This document shows positions 47,662-60,700 of a stretch of DNA of 64,000 nt, piece by piece. This stretch comes from a virus (lineage: Duplodnaviria > Caudoviricetes), in IMG/VR virus record IMGVR_UViG_3300021400_000885, positions 1-64,000 of that record, one strand, 5' to 3'. The position numbers and the translations under genes are program-made. Positions within the stretch are counted from its first letter, which is position 1, and each line of letters opens with the position of its first letter. Under the pieces are notes generated by a model that saw nothing but the letters and a program-made list of their open reading frames with translations, ran no database searches and was not told where the DNA came from.

Positions 47662-50600
47662 TTAAATGTTCTTAAAGACATTGAAGAGGTCATCATTTTC
47701 AATAAGGTCTATTTGCTTCTTAATCTGGCCAACAAAGAGCAGATTCTTGTCAAGATTGTGAAGATATTTGTTTTCTCCATCATATTTGCCACCCTCAATA
47801 GTATCAAACAGGTCAAGTACATTCATAGTATCTGCAATCTTGTTAATTGTACTAAGAGCAGCAAATGGAGAGTTCATTATACTTATAAAGTTTGAAACCA
47901 TTCCAAGAGGGTTTGTTAATCCAGGAATAAATACTGGAGTGGAGGCTTCAACTTCCATGAGCATACGTTTAGTTTCATACATAAGATTTCTGTATGCCCA
48001 GTTTCCTTTTTTGTCCTTGTAACTGCCTAAGCTAAGGTTACTCAACGAGAGGAGGAGTAATACCTCAACTTCTGCAATGGCTCTTTTACAGTTATATCTG
48101 TCCATCTCAGACATTGCATTCCATGATGCTGCAATGCTGGTTCTGTTTTTCACAAGGCCAGATACTGCGTCTTTAAGAAATACAAATGTTGAAGTGTAGT
48201 ATCCTCTTCTAAACTCTCCAAGGTCAGCATCTCTGTGTAATGCATTGAATCTTCTTGCATAGTGTTCAGGCATCCATTGTCTAAAGTTAATAAAGAGTCT
48301 ACCAACAGCCAATCTATGAATAGTGCCCCTATCAATAGCTGAGAATGCACCATGCATTGACTTATTGCAGTAGGTAATCTGTTTTTCAATACCCTCAATA
48401 TCATCATCATTTATCTCTCTTGTAGAGGCAATACTTCCATCTGGATTTCTTTCAATCCACTTGTACCTTACCCTGTCTTCAATGAGTTTTCCATTGTTAC
48501 CTTCCTCTTGAACACTAAAGATATTAAGAAGTGGAACTTCAGTATTTGTTTGAGTATCAAAGACTTTCTGATGATTTAATATTGCAAACATTGTCTGATT
48601 GTGAAGAAGGTGTTCACCAGCTCCATATAGGAACATTAAAGCTGTATTATCTAATACTCTACCAATCAGGCTAGATTTAAATCCATTGCTCTTAAGAGTA
48701 TCATAGTAGTCTTCCATTACATCAAATCTCTCTCCAAGGAGAGTAATAAGAGCCTTTTTGTTATTACTATAAAGCTCTGCCATATATGCTGGAAGATGTC
48801 TTAAGTATTGACCTTCAGCAACTGCAAAGTCCTTTAAATTAAAGAACTCTCCAGCTTGTCCATCAATAAACATTTGAATCTGTCCAACCAAAAGGTTAGC
48901 CTCAGCACCCAGCAAGTTAACTGTCAAACCAGAAATTGATGTGAGTTGAGTAAGTGTATCAACAGCTCTTCCTGTAGAGATATCAATACCAAAAAGAGAA
49001 AATTCACCAGTTCTATTCTTTCTTTGATTATAAATATTAGAAGCTACAAACTGATTTAATTGCTCTGCTGACCTTGAAGTTCTTATATCCTTTGATACAG
49101 TTTCCATAGCAGTATCTCTACCATACTTCATAATATTAATGTAGCTTCTATTGCCACCAGTTGCAGTAAATCCTCTCTTTGTGGTAAGATAATCTTGAGC
49201 CAATGTAAAAGCATCAATCATTTTTGACATTTCACCATAGTTAACTGCTGAAGTGGCAAATGCTGACATTGCCATACTCATATCAGTGGTTACTCTGGTT
49301 TGGTCTTTCAATTTATGTGTAAAGAAGAGTGGAAGTTGCATAAGCTGCATGCCTCTCATATCAGTTGCAACAGCTTGAACATTATTTCCAGCTAATAAAT
49401 CACTGAAAGAGTCTCCATATTCAGTACTGTCTTCACGAATGGTGTAAGTATCAACAAAGGCATCTCTAAGAATCTTAAGCTGCTCTTTTGGATTAAATCC
49501 AGCTCTTCCAACTCTTTCAATAGTGTCTGCTGATACCTGAATTGTTTTAAAGAAATCCTTTTCTCCAAAAGGAAGAGGCACAGTAAGAATGGATTTTAAA
49601 GCCATCATCCTTAAATAGTATTCTCTTTCAGCAGGATTTAACCCTAAAGTCTGGGCATCTGGAATTCCATACTTCTCAGCCTTTGGCATTAAAATTTTTA
49701 AAGTATACTCTAATGGATTGATTTGAGCAGTGTCAATACCATAAAGCTCATGTACATACTCTTTAATATATCCTAAGAAATCTGTATAATTCTGACCAGA
49801 GAAAGGGGCCCTTGCTTTAAGGTTCTCTCTTTCCCATTTCATCATTGCCTTATCAAGCTTATCTCCACGCAGACCCTCTTCCCATTTTTGCCTTTTAAAT
49901 TCAGCCTTTTCTTTATTAAACTTTTCAAAGTCAACCTCAGCCTTTAAATACTCTGAAGGAATTCCATCTTTAAAGTTGAATACTGAGGAAGTTTTTCCAC
50001 CTTTTGATGCTAAGTCATCAGTAATAGTTCTAATGACATAATCAACATTTCTTAATATCTTATCTCTTTGACGGTTGTTTGTTTTCACAGCCTCGTAGAA
50101 AAGACCTAAGGCAGCATCTGTACTTTCATTCATTGATAAGAAAAGCTTTTCTACAATATTGACATCTTGTGAAAGAGTAGATATTATTGAGTTTAAGCTA
50201 TAAGTCTTATCTCCAAAAGTCTTAACGTCATTATCTCCCCAGAACTTCTGTAAAAACATGTAAGTTAAATCAAACTCAGCACCCTGAGCAAAAGTTCTAA
50301 CATCATTTATAATAAAGTTAAGACCTTTTGCAGTCTTTTCAATGTCTTTAAGTATTTGCTCTGGAATACCTTCTTGGTCAATATCAAGATTTTCAATGTT
50401 TGTAAGGCTTCTTACAACATCTTCATAGGCATCCACAAGAGAAAGTGCTTCCATTACAACTTTACTCCAGACATTGATTTTACCAAGGTCATCAGTTTTA
50501 GCTGCAATGAGTGGCTTAATTGACTCTATAGTTTTTTGAAGTTTCTCAAAGTCACTGTAAACATTACCAAGAAGATTTACAACTCCAGTAACATAGTCCT

Positions 50601-51759
50601 CATCATCAATAAGCTTCTTATTTTTCCTGTTTATATTCCTAAGCTTTTTGTCCTCAGAACCAGTTTTTATTGTTTGAAGTTGCTGCTTTCTTGAAGATGT
50701 ACTTAAAAGTCTTTTAGCAACATCTGACAAGCTCCTTATTTGCTTACCAGACTCTACAATTAAATCTTGCTTTATATGAAACCTTTTATCAAGGTCATTT
50801 AAAACATCATCAACCTCAAGTATGGGTACTCCAAGTACTTTTTCAGTATTAATAGGAAGTCCTTGTACAGCAGCATTTTCTGCATTAATAAGTGCATCTG
50901 TATCAAAGTTTTGGAATATTGTAATCCCATTATTTATTGCTGCAGTAATTTGCTTTTTCCAGTAAGCACTGTCCACACTGCTCATTCCAGGCAAATCACC
51001 TTGAAATCCTGTAGAAACAAGTGAAACTATTTTACCAGTATCATCACCAAACTGACTTAATATTCTGTTTGCAAGAGCTCCATACACAGAGTGTGTTGCA
51101 ACAAGCTCCATTAGGAGTCTTGCTTTGACCTCACTCATATTCCTTACACCTTCAGAGCCACCCTGAAAGTCAATAATTAAATTTCTTAAGGTTCTATAGT
51201 TCCTAAAGTTTGCAATAGTATTCTTTAAAAACTCTGAGTATGTTGGAGTAATACCAATAGTTCTTAAATAATCATTCATTGCATTAAACCTTGCTGTTAA
51301 ATTTTCAATAACAGCATTTGTCTTAAAGTTTGTTGCATCTGTAACATCAAGAACTATAGTATATTTACCTCTTGAATAGTCAATTTTTGCATGGAAAACA
51401 TTATGATTATTATTATAATCCAAGACCCTATCTTTGATAAGGTCTGGATTATCATAATATATAGTCTGACCATTTGAATCAATTGCTCCAATTGAAAGCC
51501 TTTCTCCTTGAAGAGCTTGCTGAGCATTTACATATTGGTCAAGGTTAAATTTGGCTTTTAGAGCTTTAAAGTCTATCTCATTTTGGTCATTAAATTCCTT
51601 CTGAGTAAAAAGACTTTTAACTTGGTCAGATAAAGCTGCTGCATACAAAAGGTTGGTAAGGGGTCTGTTTTTACCTGTATAGTCAAGAATATCTTTATAC
51701 AATTTACTTCTTTTACGATTCACAGTTGGAATCAAGGTACATATGTCATCAGTAGCCAT
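47662..51759 (-). CDS. Large virion (cargo/ejection) protein, crAss-like
   Basis: About 1365 aa, helical; downstream of the vRNAP gene, as in crAss-like genomes. Confidence 0.65.
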   Translation of the reverse strand: MATDDICTLIPTVNRKRSKLYKDILDYTGKNRPLTNLLYAAALSDQVKSLFTQKEFNDQNEIDFKALKAKFNLDQYVNAQQALQGERLSIGAIDSNGQTIYYDNPDLIKDRVLDYNNNHNVFHAKIDYSRGKYTIVLDVTDATNFKTNAVIENLTARFNAMNDYLRTIGITPTYSEFLKNTIANFRNYRTLRNLIIDFQGGSEGVRNMSEVKARLLMELVATHSVYGALANRILSQFGDDTGKIVSLVSTGFQGDLPGMSSVDSAYWKKQITAAINNGITIFQNFDTDALINAENAAVQGLPINTEKVLGVPILEVDDVLNDLDKRFHIKQDLIVESGKQIRSLSDVAKRLLSTSSRKQQLQTIKTGSEDKKLRNINRKNKKLIDDEDYVTGVVNLLGNVYSDFEKLQKTIESIKPLIAAKTDDLGKINVWSKVVMEALSLVDAYEDVVRSLTNIENLDIDQEGIPEQILKDIEKTAKGLNFIINDVRTFAQGAEFDLTYMFLQKFWGDNDVKTFGDKTYSLNSIISTLSQDVNIVEKLFLSMNESTDAALGLFYEAVKTNNRQRDKILRNVDYVIRTITDDLASKGGKTSSVFNFKDGIPSEYLKAEVDFEKFNKEKAEFKRQKWEEGLRGDKLDKAMMKWERENLKARAPFSGQNYTDFLGYIKEYVHELYGIDTAQINPLEYTLKILMPKAEKYGIPDAQTLGLNPAEREYYLRMMALKSILTVPLPFGEKDFFKTIQVSADTIERVGRAGFNPKEQLKILRDAFVDTYTIREDSTEYGDSFSDLLAGNNVQAVATDMRGMQLMQLPLFFTHKLKDQTRVTTDMSMAMSAFATSAVNYGEMSKMIDAFTLAQDYLTTKRGFTATGGNRSYINIMKYGRDTAMETVSKDIRTSRSAEQLNQFVASNIYNQRKNRTGEFSLFGIDISTGRAVDTLTQLTSISGLTVNLLGAEANLLVGQIQMFIDGQAGEFFNLKDFAVAEGQYLRHLPAYMAELYSNNKKALITLLGERFDVMEDYYDTLKSNGFKSSLIGRVLDNTALMFLYGAGEHLLHNQTMFAILNHQKVFDTQTNTEVPLLNIFSVQEEGNNGKLIEDRVRYKWIERNPDGSIASTREINDDDIEGIEKQITYCNKSMHGAFSAIDRGTIHRLAVGRLFINFRQWMPEHYARRFNALHRDADLGEFRRGYYTSTFVFLKDAVSGLVKNRTSIAASWNAMSEMDRYNCKRAIAEVEVLLLLSLSNLSLGSYKDKKGNWAYRNLMYETKRMLMEVEASTPVFIPGLTNPLGMVSNFISIMNSPFAALSTINKIADTMNVLDLFDTIEGGKYDGENKYLHNLDKNLLFVGQIKKQIDLIENDDLFNVFKNI

Positions 51760-51769
51760 ATCTCTATTT

Positions 51770-54700
51770 TTAATTAACACACAAATTTAACTCTTTTTCA
51801 ACCTCTTGCAACTGCTCAATAGATAAGTTAGAAACATTAATATCTTTAAGTATCTTTTTCATTTTCGCTGCTGCTGAGTTGTTATCAATATCATCCTTCT
51901 TGTCAAGAATTCTTTGAGCAATCTCAAGTCTGTCAGATATATTATCAGTATCAGCAAAAATAATCTGGTCTAAAATATCAAGAGACTCATTTATTTCATT
52001 GACAGTTTTATAGTATCTTGGCATTACTGGAGCCTTCTTAGGCTTTTCAGGCTCTTTCTTTTCTCCCTGAGATTGGCTTGGAGTAACTACTTTAAACATA
52101 CTATGCATGTCTTCAACATCTCTAGATGGGTCAATTTCAAAGCCTTGATTGAGACCACCAAGTTTTTCAAGAGGATGAACCTTAATTAAGTAAGTTCCTT
52201 TAATCTTATAAAACTTCTTCTCAGAACTCTTTTCGTTCTTCTTAATGGCAACAATACCATTAGGGAAAGTGGGACTTAAGGTATCAAAGGTTGTAATGCC
52301 ATTTGGATTAAGAGACACTCCCATCAGCTTTTCAAACTCCTCTTGAGTATAAACTCCAACATTAGCTATACCATTATTAAGCATAAACTGCTCCAAGAGT
52401 CTGTCAATATGAATATCATTATAAACAGCTGCAGCATCAAGATTCTGTAAGTAATTAGGAAGAGCTTGCTTAACTGAACTTGGAACAAGACTCATGAAAG
52501 ATTTGCCACTAAAACCAAATCCAGCAAGGACAAAGTTATATTGAACAAGCCTTAAAGCAAGATTTTCATCCACATCAAAAGCATTTTCACCAAGTCTCTT
52601 TGCTTCATCTTCAAGAAGCTTAGACCACCCTTGCTTTAAATCTTGTATTTCAGTAGCATCTCTTCCTCTTGTAGGAACTCTCAGTATCTTATTACCATGT
52701 TTATCCTTATTAACTCTAATAGCCTTTAAGAACTTATTATCTGGATATAAAGCTTTTGCACTAGTTACAACATCTGGAGTAGTTTCATATATCATATCTC
52801 TATGGTACTGCTCACCATTGTCACTTAAGTCAAATATTGGATTGTCAATATTGACCACATAAGACATAATAAAGTCTGAAAGCTTCTGGGCAGTTTTATC
52901 ATTTAAATATCCAAGTTTGGCATCTGCAGCTCTATATATGTTATTAGCAAATTCCCCTCCTTGAATAAAGTTTTGTCCAATTAATTTACTTTCAAGTTCA
53001 TATGCTTTTTCCCTAAAGGCTTTAATTATAGGATTCTGAAGGATGGATTGAGCACTTGGAGAAATGCTATCATTAGTACTAAAATTAATATCCTGAATCT
53101 TTGAAACTGCTGTATGTGCTGCAAATGGACCAACAGCAGCTGCTATTGAATTATACCTTGTAACATGAGTAACCTGTCTAAATGCATTGGCTATTTTATT
53201 GATTCTTGACACAGTTTCAAGAATTTGGTAATCCATTCTAGCAATTGCCTCATCATCTCCTTCCCAATTATGAACTCTTATAAGGTCATCAACTGAAAGG
53301 TCATACTCAGCATCAAAAGTTATATCGTTGTACTTGTCAAGGATATTATCCTTCATCTTGGCTATAGTACTTTCAATACTTGTACTTCCATCAACACTGT
53401 CTCTTTCATATTGTTCAGTCATTCTCTTAATGACTGGTGTTGTAAGAAGCCATCCTATTGTATCAATATCATAGCCAAGTCTTATCAGAGCAACTGCAAT
53501 ATTTACAGTTGTCATATTAAGGTTAAACAGGTTAAGCACAGGGTCTTTTACAGCATCTACAGAAGCTGCAAGCAATGCTGCAAGATTCTGACTAACTCTT
53601 GTTACTCTATCAAAGGCATACATAGGGTCAATTCTTACTTCCCCACCAATTCTGTGGCCAGCAAGAACAAAATCTCCATGTTCACCTTCTCCAAAATCCT
53701 TTACCTTAAATGTAGGATTATCAAGAAGCCCCATAAACCCATGCGACACGTTAGCTTGAGCAAATACACCAATAAGTTTACCTGCCACACTATTCTGTCT
53801 ATGGAAGTTTACCTGCACATTAGCAAACAGAAGGCTTGATTTCTTGTAAGCAAGGTCTTTAAGTTCACTAATACTTTTATCCTCAAGAGTGCTGGCAATA
53901 TACTCAGTTCTGTCTGCAATATCTCCAAGTTCTTCATTAGGACGAGCACCTTCATTAAATGCCACATCAGCAGCCTTAATAAGATAACCAATCCTCTTAG
54001 GAACATCAAAGTTACCCGGAGAGAACATTTGGTCTACAACCTGAGGAGAAGTGAGAATTGCCTGTGTAATAGAGAGAATTGTGTTATTATTAGCTTCTCT
54101 CTTATCCTTCATATTGGTTGTGTAGTAAACCTCTCCTTTATACTTATTCCAAGCATCTTGAACCTCTTTCCAGTCATTCAGCTCTTCCTCAGATACTTCT
54201 TCTTTGGACTTTTTAAGAAGTCCTATTATTCTTTGTTTTTCTTCATATAGCTCCTTTCCACTAAGTTCATTATCAGCATTTGTAAGAGCTTGTTCCTTAG
54301 CAAAATCTTCAAAAGATTTTTTCCTTCCCTTGCGGAAGGCATACCTCATTATATAGAGTTTATCAATATCAAAGTCTGAGCCTGTCAGAGTGGTAATATC
54401 AGCAGGAAGCATAATTCCTTCACCACCATTTCTCGGCAAGAATCCTACAATTTTTATAGGAACTATGGAATACTTAGCTTCTGTAGGGATACGATACCCA
54501 ATCATTTCAAGAAGCTTAGGATTCATCTTTTCAATGGCTTTAACATCAATTACGCCATCCTCATCAGCAAAATCCATTAAAGCCTCATCATATATTGGAG
54601 CATAAGCTTCAAAATAAGCAAGACTATGCTGATTATCCCTTACATAAGACTCATACCACAAATCAAGAATACCTTTAAGCTCTTCCTCTGTAGTACCCTT

Positions 54701-57700
54701 AGGTACTTGTTGTACATAATCCTTAAAGTCAACATATCTTGCAGAGAATGAAGCACTACGTTTCTTTTGCTTCCTAATATATTGTTCAAACTCTTTTCTA
54801 CTTAAAAGAAGCTTGCCATTTTCACTCTTAAACCTAATATTAAGGTCTTCAGATGTGCCATAAGCAGATACTTGAACAACTGGACCACCAGAGATTTCCT
54901 GCTTATTAATATGATTTTTAATTACACTATTCAGTAGTTGCTGAAGTCTGCCAGAATGTATAGGGTCACTTAAAGGAATATTAAAATCGCCGTCCTCATT
55001 TACATCAACTGCCCAAAGCATGTCAGCACCAAGTCTTCCATCTCTTAGAATCTCCTTCTTGAGGAGTCTACTTAATGCAATGTTTCTAAATTTCTTACTC
55101 TGACTGAATCTTCCATCAAGACCAAGCTCCTTACTAAGCTCTTCAAAACTAAGTTCAATGTTTTCAGCAGTTGCTGCCATATATCTCTTCTTAGCCTCAG
55201 CTACAGTAACATGCTCTGTAGTTACTCTTCCACCTCTTTCAGTTGTAATATCAACATAAAGGTCTTCTCCATTCTCTTTCTCAACAAGGTCAGCAATTGT
55301 ATGAATTCTTACCTGAGAACCAATTTGTTGCTCTCCCTTAAAGTGTGGTGGAACCTCTTGTTGGATAGTATAATCATCAAATGGAATTGCAGTTACATAA
55401 TTTGCATTGTATCCATCAGGTTGGGATGCATCATAAATTGCATTTCTAAGTGTAGAAAGTGCAGCATTATAATCCATCCCATTGATACTGATGACACCTT
55501 TAGCTCCAGTTTTTACACAGCTTTCAAACTGTACAGTATCAATACCTTTACCATTTGGAATAAATCTCTCTCCATCCTCAGACCAAGCTCCCTGAGATTC
55601 TTCCATAGCATCAAATATGGCTGCTAATGGAGACTCAACACCTTGACTCTTCATTAAGGCATCTGCCATAACAAGCAAGAACTCAGAGTTTTTGTATTGA
55701 ACACCAGTCTTAACAAGAGGCATTGCATCAGAACCTGTAGGTCTTGTTATTTGAGAATATACGAAAGGTTTAAGAGGCTGCCAAATAACATTCAAATCCT
55801 CTTCACTAAAGTCTCCTTTCAGTACCTTTTCATAAGCAGTCTCATCTTGTTTAGACCACTTACCATACATATGCATTTTCTTACGGTAAGATGTTGGAGA
55901 TGAATATGCTTGACCATCAGTCCATTTGTTGCTCTCAGCAGAGAATACCTTAATTACACTATCAAATTTCTTTTTAAGGGATTTGCCTAATTTAGTAAGA
56001 GGAGCATTTACATTGTCTCCTTCATGATACTTTGGATTAGCAAGCATATTGCTAAGTGCCTGCTTAATATTGATTAAAGCTACAGAAGCAACCTCTTCAT
56101 CTTTTATAATAAGGCTTCTGTGCACACCATCAGAAACATTCTTTTTATAGGTAATATCCTTTGCTTGAATGTTTGCTCTCATTCCTGGAGCATGTAACTG
56201 AGCAAGTCTCTTCTGTAAATTCTCTGCATTTTTATAAAGAGCAATATCACCAACTGTAAGCTGAAGAATATTCAGTGTTGCAAAGAAATCATTGTAGAAA
56301 TACTCTCTTAGTACTTCTTTTCTTGTGCCATTCTTTGTTACAAGCTTATCAATCTGGAACACACTTACAACACCAGAATCAGGATTTCCTTTCTCTCCAA
56401 GGGTAAGGAAACCAGCTTTTTCAGCATCAAGCAAGTACTCATTAAATCTTTCATCAAGACCTTCTTTAATTGCTTGAGAAAGTAATTGTCTGAATTCCTT
56501 AGCTTCAGTAGAGTCTCTTTCAAGGCCTTCACCATTAACAACTTTTCTTAAAAGTTCCCCAAATCTGTCTTTTCCATTCATTCTCTCGTTGAGGAAAGGA
56601 AGGAAATGAAAAACTGTTCCATTCTTATCAAAGTTGTCAATCTTTTGGTCTTTAGGAATACTGTTTTGCCTGTCTCTTACAGCTTTGATTCTGTTTAATT
56701 CTTGATAGAATGTATAATCTGTAAGCCAATTAACTATGGTGGATTCATAGTTTTCAGTAATTCTCTCAAACTTGAGGTACTCTTCTGAAGGCTTGTTGGA
56801 CATTGTTGGCATCCTAAAGTAGCTGTAATTTTTATGTGCATCATACAGATACATTGATAAAAGGGATGCATAATACAAAGGGTCACTCTTATCTGAGTAA
56901 GCAGTTCCTTCATATGTTAAGGAAGTGACATGCTCAAGCATTCCTTTGTATCTCTCACCATCAGACCCATTAAGCTTGGCAAGCCAGTAATTCATAAATC
57001 CCTTAGGGCCTCTTGCACCATCTTCACTATTATAGAACCATCCTTCATATTTACCATACTCTCTCTGCATGAATGTCTGATAATTTTCAGGATTGCCTAA
57101 ATAAGTCTTACCTACTCTTCCCTTAAGCTTGTCTACTAAAATGCCTAAGTATGATGGAGTAACATATCCATAGTAAAGCTTACCGCCTTCATATGATACT
57201 GCCTCAGTTGCTGAAGCCATTACTGGGCTTATATATTTAATGATGGCTTTATAATTGCTTGAAGCATTTGGAATCTCAGTACCATTAATCTTTTCACCTT
57301 TTCTTCCAAATAGCTCAAACCAGCCACCTTTCTCTTTAGCAAGATTTGCAGAAACCTCAATATTTCTGGTAGTTAAGTATCCTAAAGTTTTTACAAAATC
57401 AGTTAAATTCTGCTTGTTATTTGAGAATATATTAACAAGTTGACTTGCTTCTGGAGACTCAATATTTAATATCTCATAGATTTCCTTAATAGCATTGGCA
57501 ACTCTAAGCTTGAGGTCTTGTGTAAGCTCCTCTCCCTTATCAAGCCTTTCAACAATTTGATTAAGGCCTGTTGCAGCAATCTCTGGCTTTCCTTTAACTT
57601 TTTGTCTTGGAGTACCTAAAATTTCTTTTAACCTATAGTAATCTTTAGTTAGTCCATTAGCATCTTTATCCCAAATTCTGAGCATTCCATAGTCAGCACT

Positions 57701-60700
57701 TTGAGCTAAAGATTGAATATTCTCAAGTGTTTCAACCTCAAAGGATGGACTATTAACAGACTTTGTAACTACATTACCCTTTGCATCAAGATAAGTTACA
57801 AAGTAACTCTGGAAATACTTTCTAAAATTAGTAAAGAACTGAGACTGGAATTGTTGCTCTTCAGGATTAACAAGTAATCCCTCAACAAGTTTAGAATTAT
57901 CTGTACCATTAGCATAATATGCAGTATCTCCTTTACCAACAAGTTGCCTTAACCAAGGGTCTGTACTAAGATGGGATGTAAGCATATCAACCATTTCTTC
58001 AAGGGTTGTTGCTTTTTGAGTCCATTGAAGAATCTTTGATATGGCTTCAGCAGTATCAATTGTTTTTGCCATACCAACAGAGTCAATCTTCATAGTTCCA
58101 TCTTCATTCAAGTCATAAAATCTGCTTACAGTATTCTTTATGAGTTGAGAAAGGGAATTAAAAGCACTTACCTGCCTAAATCCAACTTGCCAATGCTCAA
58201 CAGTACTTCCAAATACCTCAGCAAGCTCCTGCTCAGTTTCAGCATTTACATTATTTTCATTAGTGCCATCCTCATTTTCAATTACAAGCTGCTCTGTAAC
58301 TCTTGCTTTAGGATTATCAAGAGTTACCTCTTCCAAATTAATAAGGGTATCATAAGCAAGCTGTTTAAATGCTTCAAAGTTATTGTAAATGACAGCAAGC
58401 TTATTTTTCATCACAGAGCTCTTGATGTCAGTTCTTTTAGGACTGAATATTGCTTCCCTAATCTGAGTGTCAAAGAGAGTCCCCAATCCAATCTTATTCA
58501 GAATATCAATTCTGGACATCTGAGTATAATCAATCTCTTTGCCCTCAGCATCATAAATAAGTGATTGATAATCCTTATTATTTCCAAATAGCCTCTTAAC
58601 AGCTCCTTGCTCATTCTGAATAATACTGATACGCTCACTGACTTTAAATACTGACCTCTTAGCAAACTCTCTCAGTTCAGTTTGTGTGAATTTATTCTGC
58701 CCAAGAAGGTTATTTAACTCATTCCTTAAGGACATTTCATACTCTGTAAATCCTACAGTGAATGTAGGGATATAATACTTACCATCAGCATGAGGAATCT
58801 TTGCTTTATTAAGAGCATCAACTTGTTCAGCAGTAAGGTTTTCTTCAGAAAGTGGAGTTGTTACATCAAGAGATTCAAAGATACTGTCACTCTTCATTCT
58901 CCTTAATACTGTAATAGTATCAAGAATATCAGACACACTCTCTCCACCTATTTGAATCCTTGTACTTATATCAAGCTCTCCAGACAATACAAGCCTTATA
59001 ATATGCTCACGCTTGTCTTCTTGAGAAGTTTTCTCCTGCAAGGGAGTGATTGTAACGGTCTTTTTTGTATTTCCTTGATTCTCAGAAACTTCTATACTAT
59101 AAGCATTTTTAACTGGAGTATTGCTTGCAGGCTTTTCTCCTGGGTCTTGGCTGGCAAGTTCCCTTGTAATTAAGGATGACATTGAAGCATCTTTAGGCAT
59201 GCTCTCTAAAAATAAAGGCCTAGCAAATGAAATGGGATTTTCCTTCATTTGCTGGACAGTCTTTGCATATACCTGTCTTATTGCTTCAAGTCCATTGTCG
59301 TTAATTTCTCTTGTTCCAATTCCTGCAAAGTCTTTGGAAAGAGTAGGAGTTTCAGTTTCTACAAAGCTCTTAGTACCATAGTCATATTGATACCATTGGT
59401 TTTTCTCTTGGTCAAAAACATGTACTGGCTTACCTAAATTAATACCTATTTGTACAGCATATCCAGTGCCCCCTTTAACTTGAGTACCATCTAAAACTCC
59501 AATGGCAAAAATCTCAGATGCTCTGGTTGCCTGAGTAACATCTCTACCAATTAAATCTTGATATTTGGTAACAGTTTCAGCTTTTCTTCCCATATCTTTG
59601 GCTGCTTGATATGCCAAAGGAAGTCCTTCTTTAAACTCTTTATCTGAAACTTCAACATTGCCTGCTGGAGTAGGATTGCCATGATAATAGTGCTTTAAAG
59701 ATACACCATATTGCTCACCAACTCTTCCCCACCAAGTATCACTTCCAGCAGCACCACCACTATGCAAAGTGAACTCACCAAGGATGGGTAATTGAGATGT
59801 TTTAGATACTTTACGGGGAGATTTATTATTATCTATAGTTTCACTAAGTTCTGTATATGAGCCTATATTTTCATTATTTCCTTGTTCTGAAACTACTACA
59901 GAGACATTTCTACTCCTTGTAAGGGCAGTATACATCATTTCTGCTCTTTCAATGTCTCCCCAAATTCCTGCCTTGAGTATATTATCTTTATCAACAGCTA
60001 CTATATCATATGTTGAGCCCTGAGCCTTGTGGTCAGTTACTGCATATCCGTATGATATATCTGCATATTTACCGAATTCTTGCCAGTATGCTTTCCAAGC
60101 AGTTCTATATGGTATTCTGTTTGATTTTGGTATTCTCTTAGCCTCCTCATGAAGAGCTTTAACCCTACTTTCATGCAAGTTTAAACTTTCTTTGTCTTTA
60201 GGGTCAATTCTTCTTACTGTAACAGAGCTTCCATCACTTAAATCAATAGAAATTTCTCTATATTTTACACCATCATCTTCATATTCATCTGAAACCTCTG
60301 TTACCTGACCCTCTGCAGAGTTTTCAATTATAGGACTATCAAAGCTGTTTAGAGAAATTTTATATGGCTCATTAAATATTATTAAGTCTCCTTCGCAAAT
60401 AAGGTTTGGACTTTCTGGGAAAAGAACTCTACGAATATCATCATTCCAAGAGTCTACTGATCCATTTGTAGCTGTGACAATTTTTACATGAGTAGGATTA
60501 CCTTCTTTTACAGCCTTTTTAAATCCATCCATGATACTTGACAGCACAAAAGGCTTTGTCTCAAATATAAGAGCTCCAAGCTTTGTAATACTTGTTTCTC
60601 CACTTATTGAGTAAATACTATTGTCAGTTTTTCTAGTACTAATATTCCAGAATTTGTCTGCATATGAAAGGATAGGAGAGTTCTCACCTTGTCTTATTCT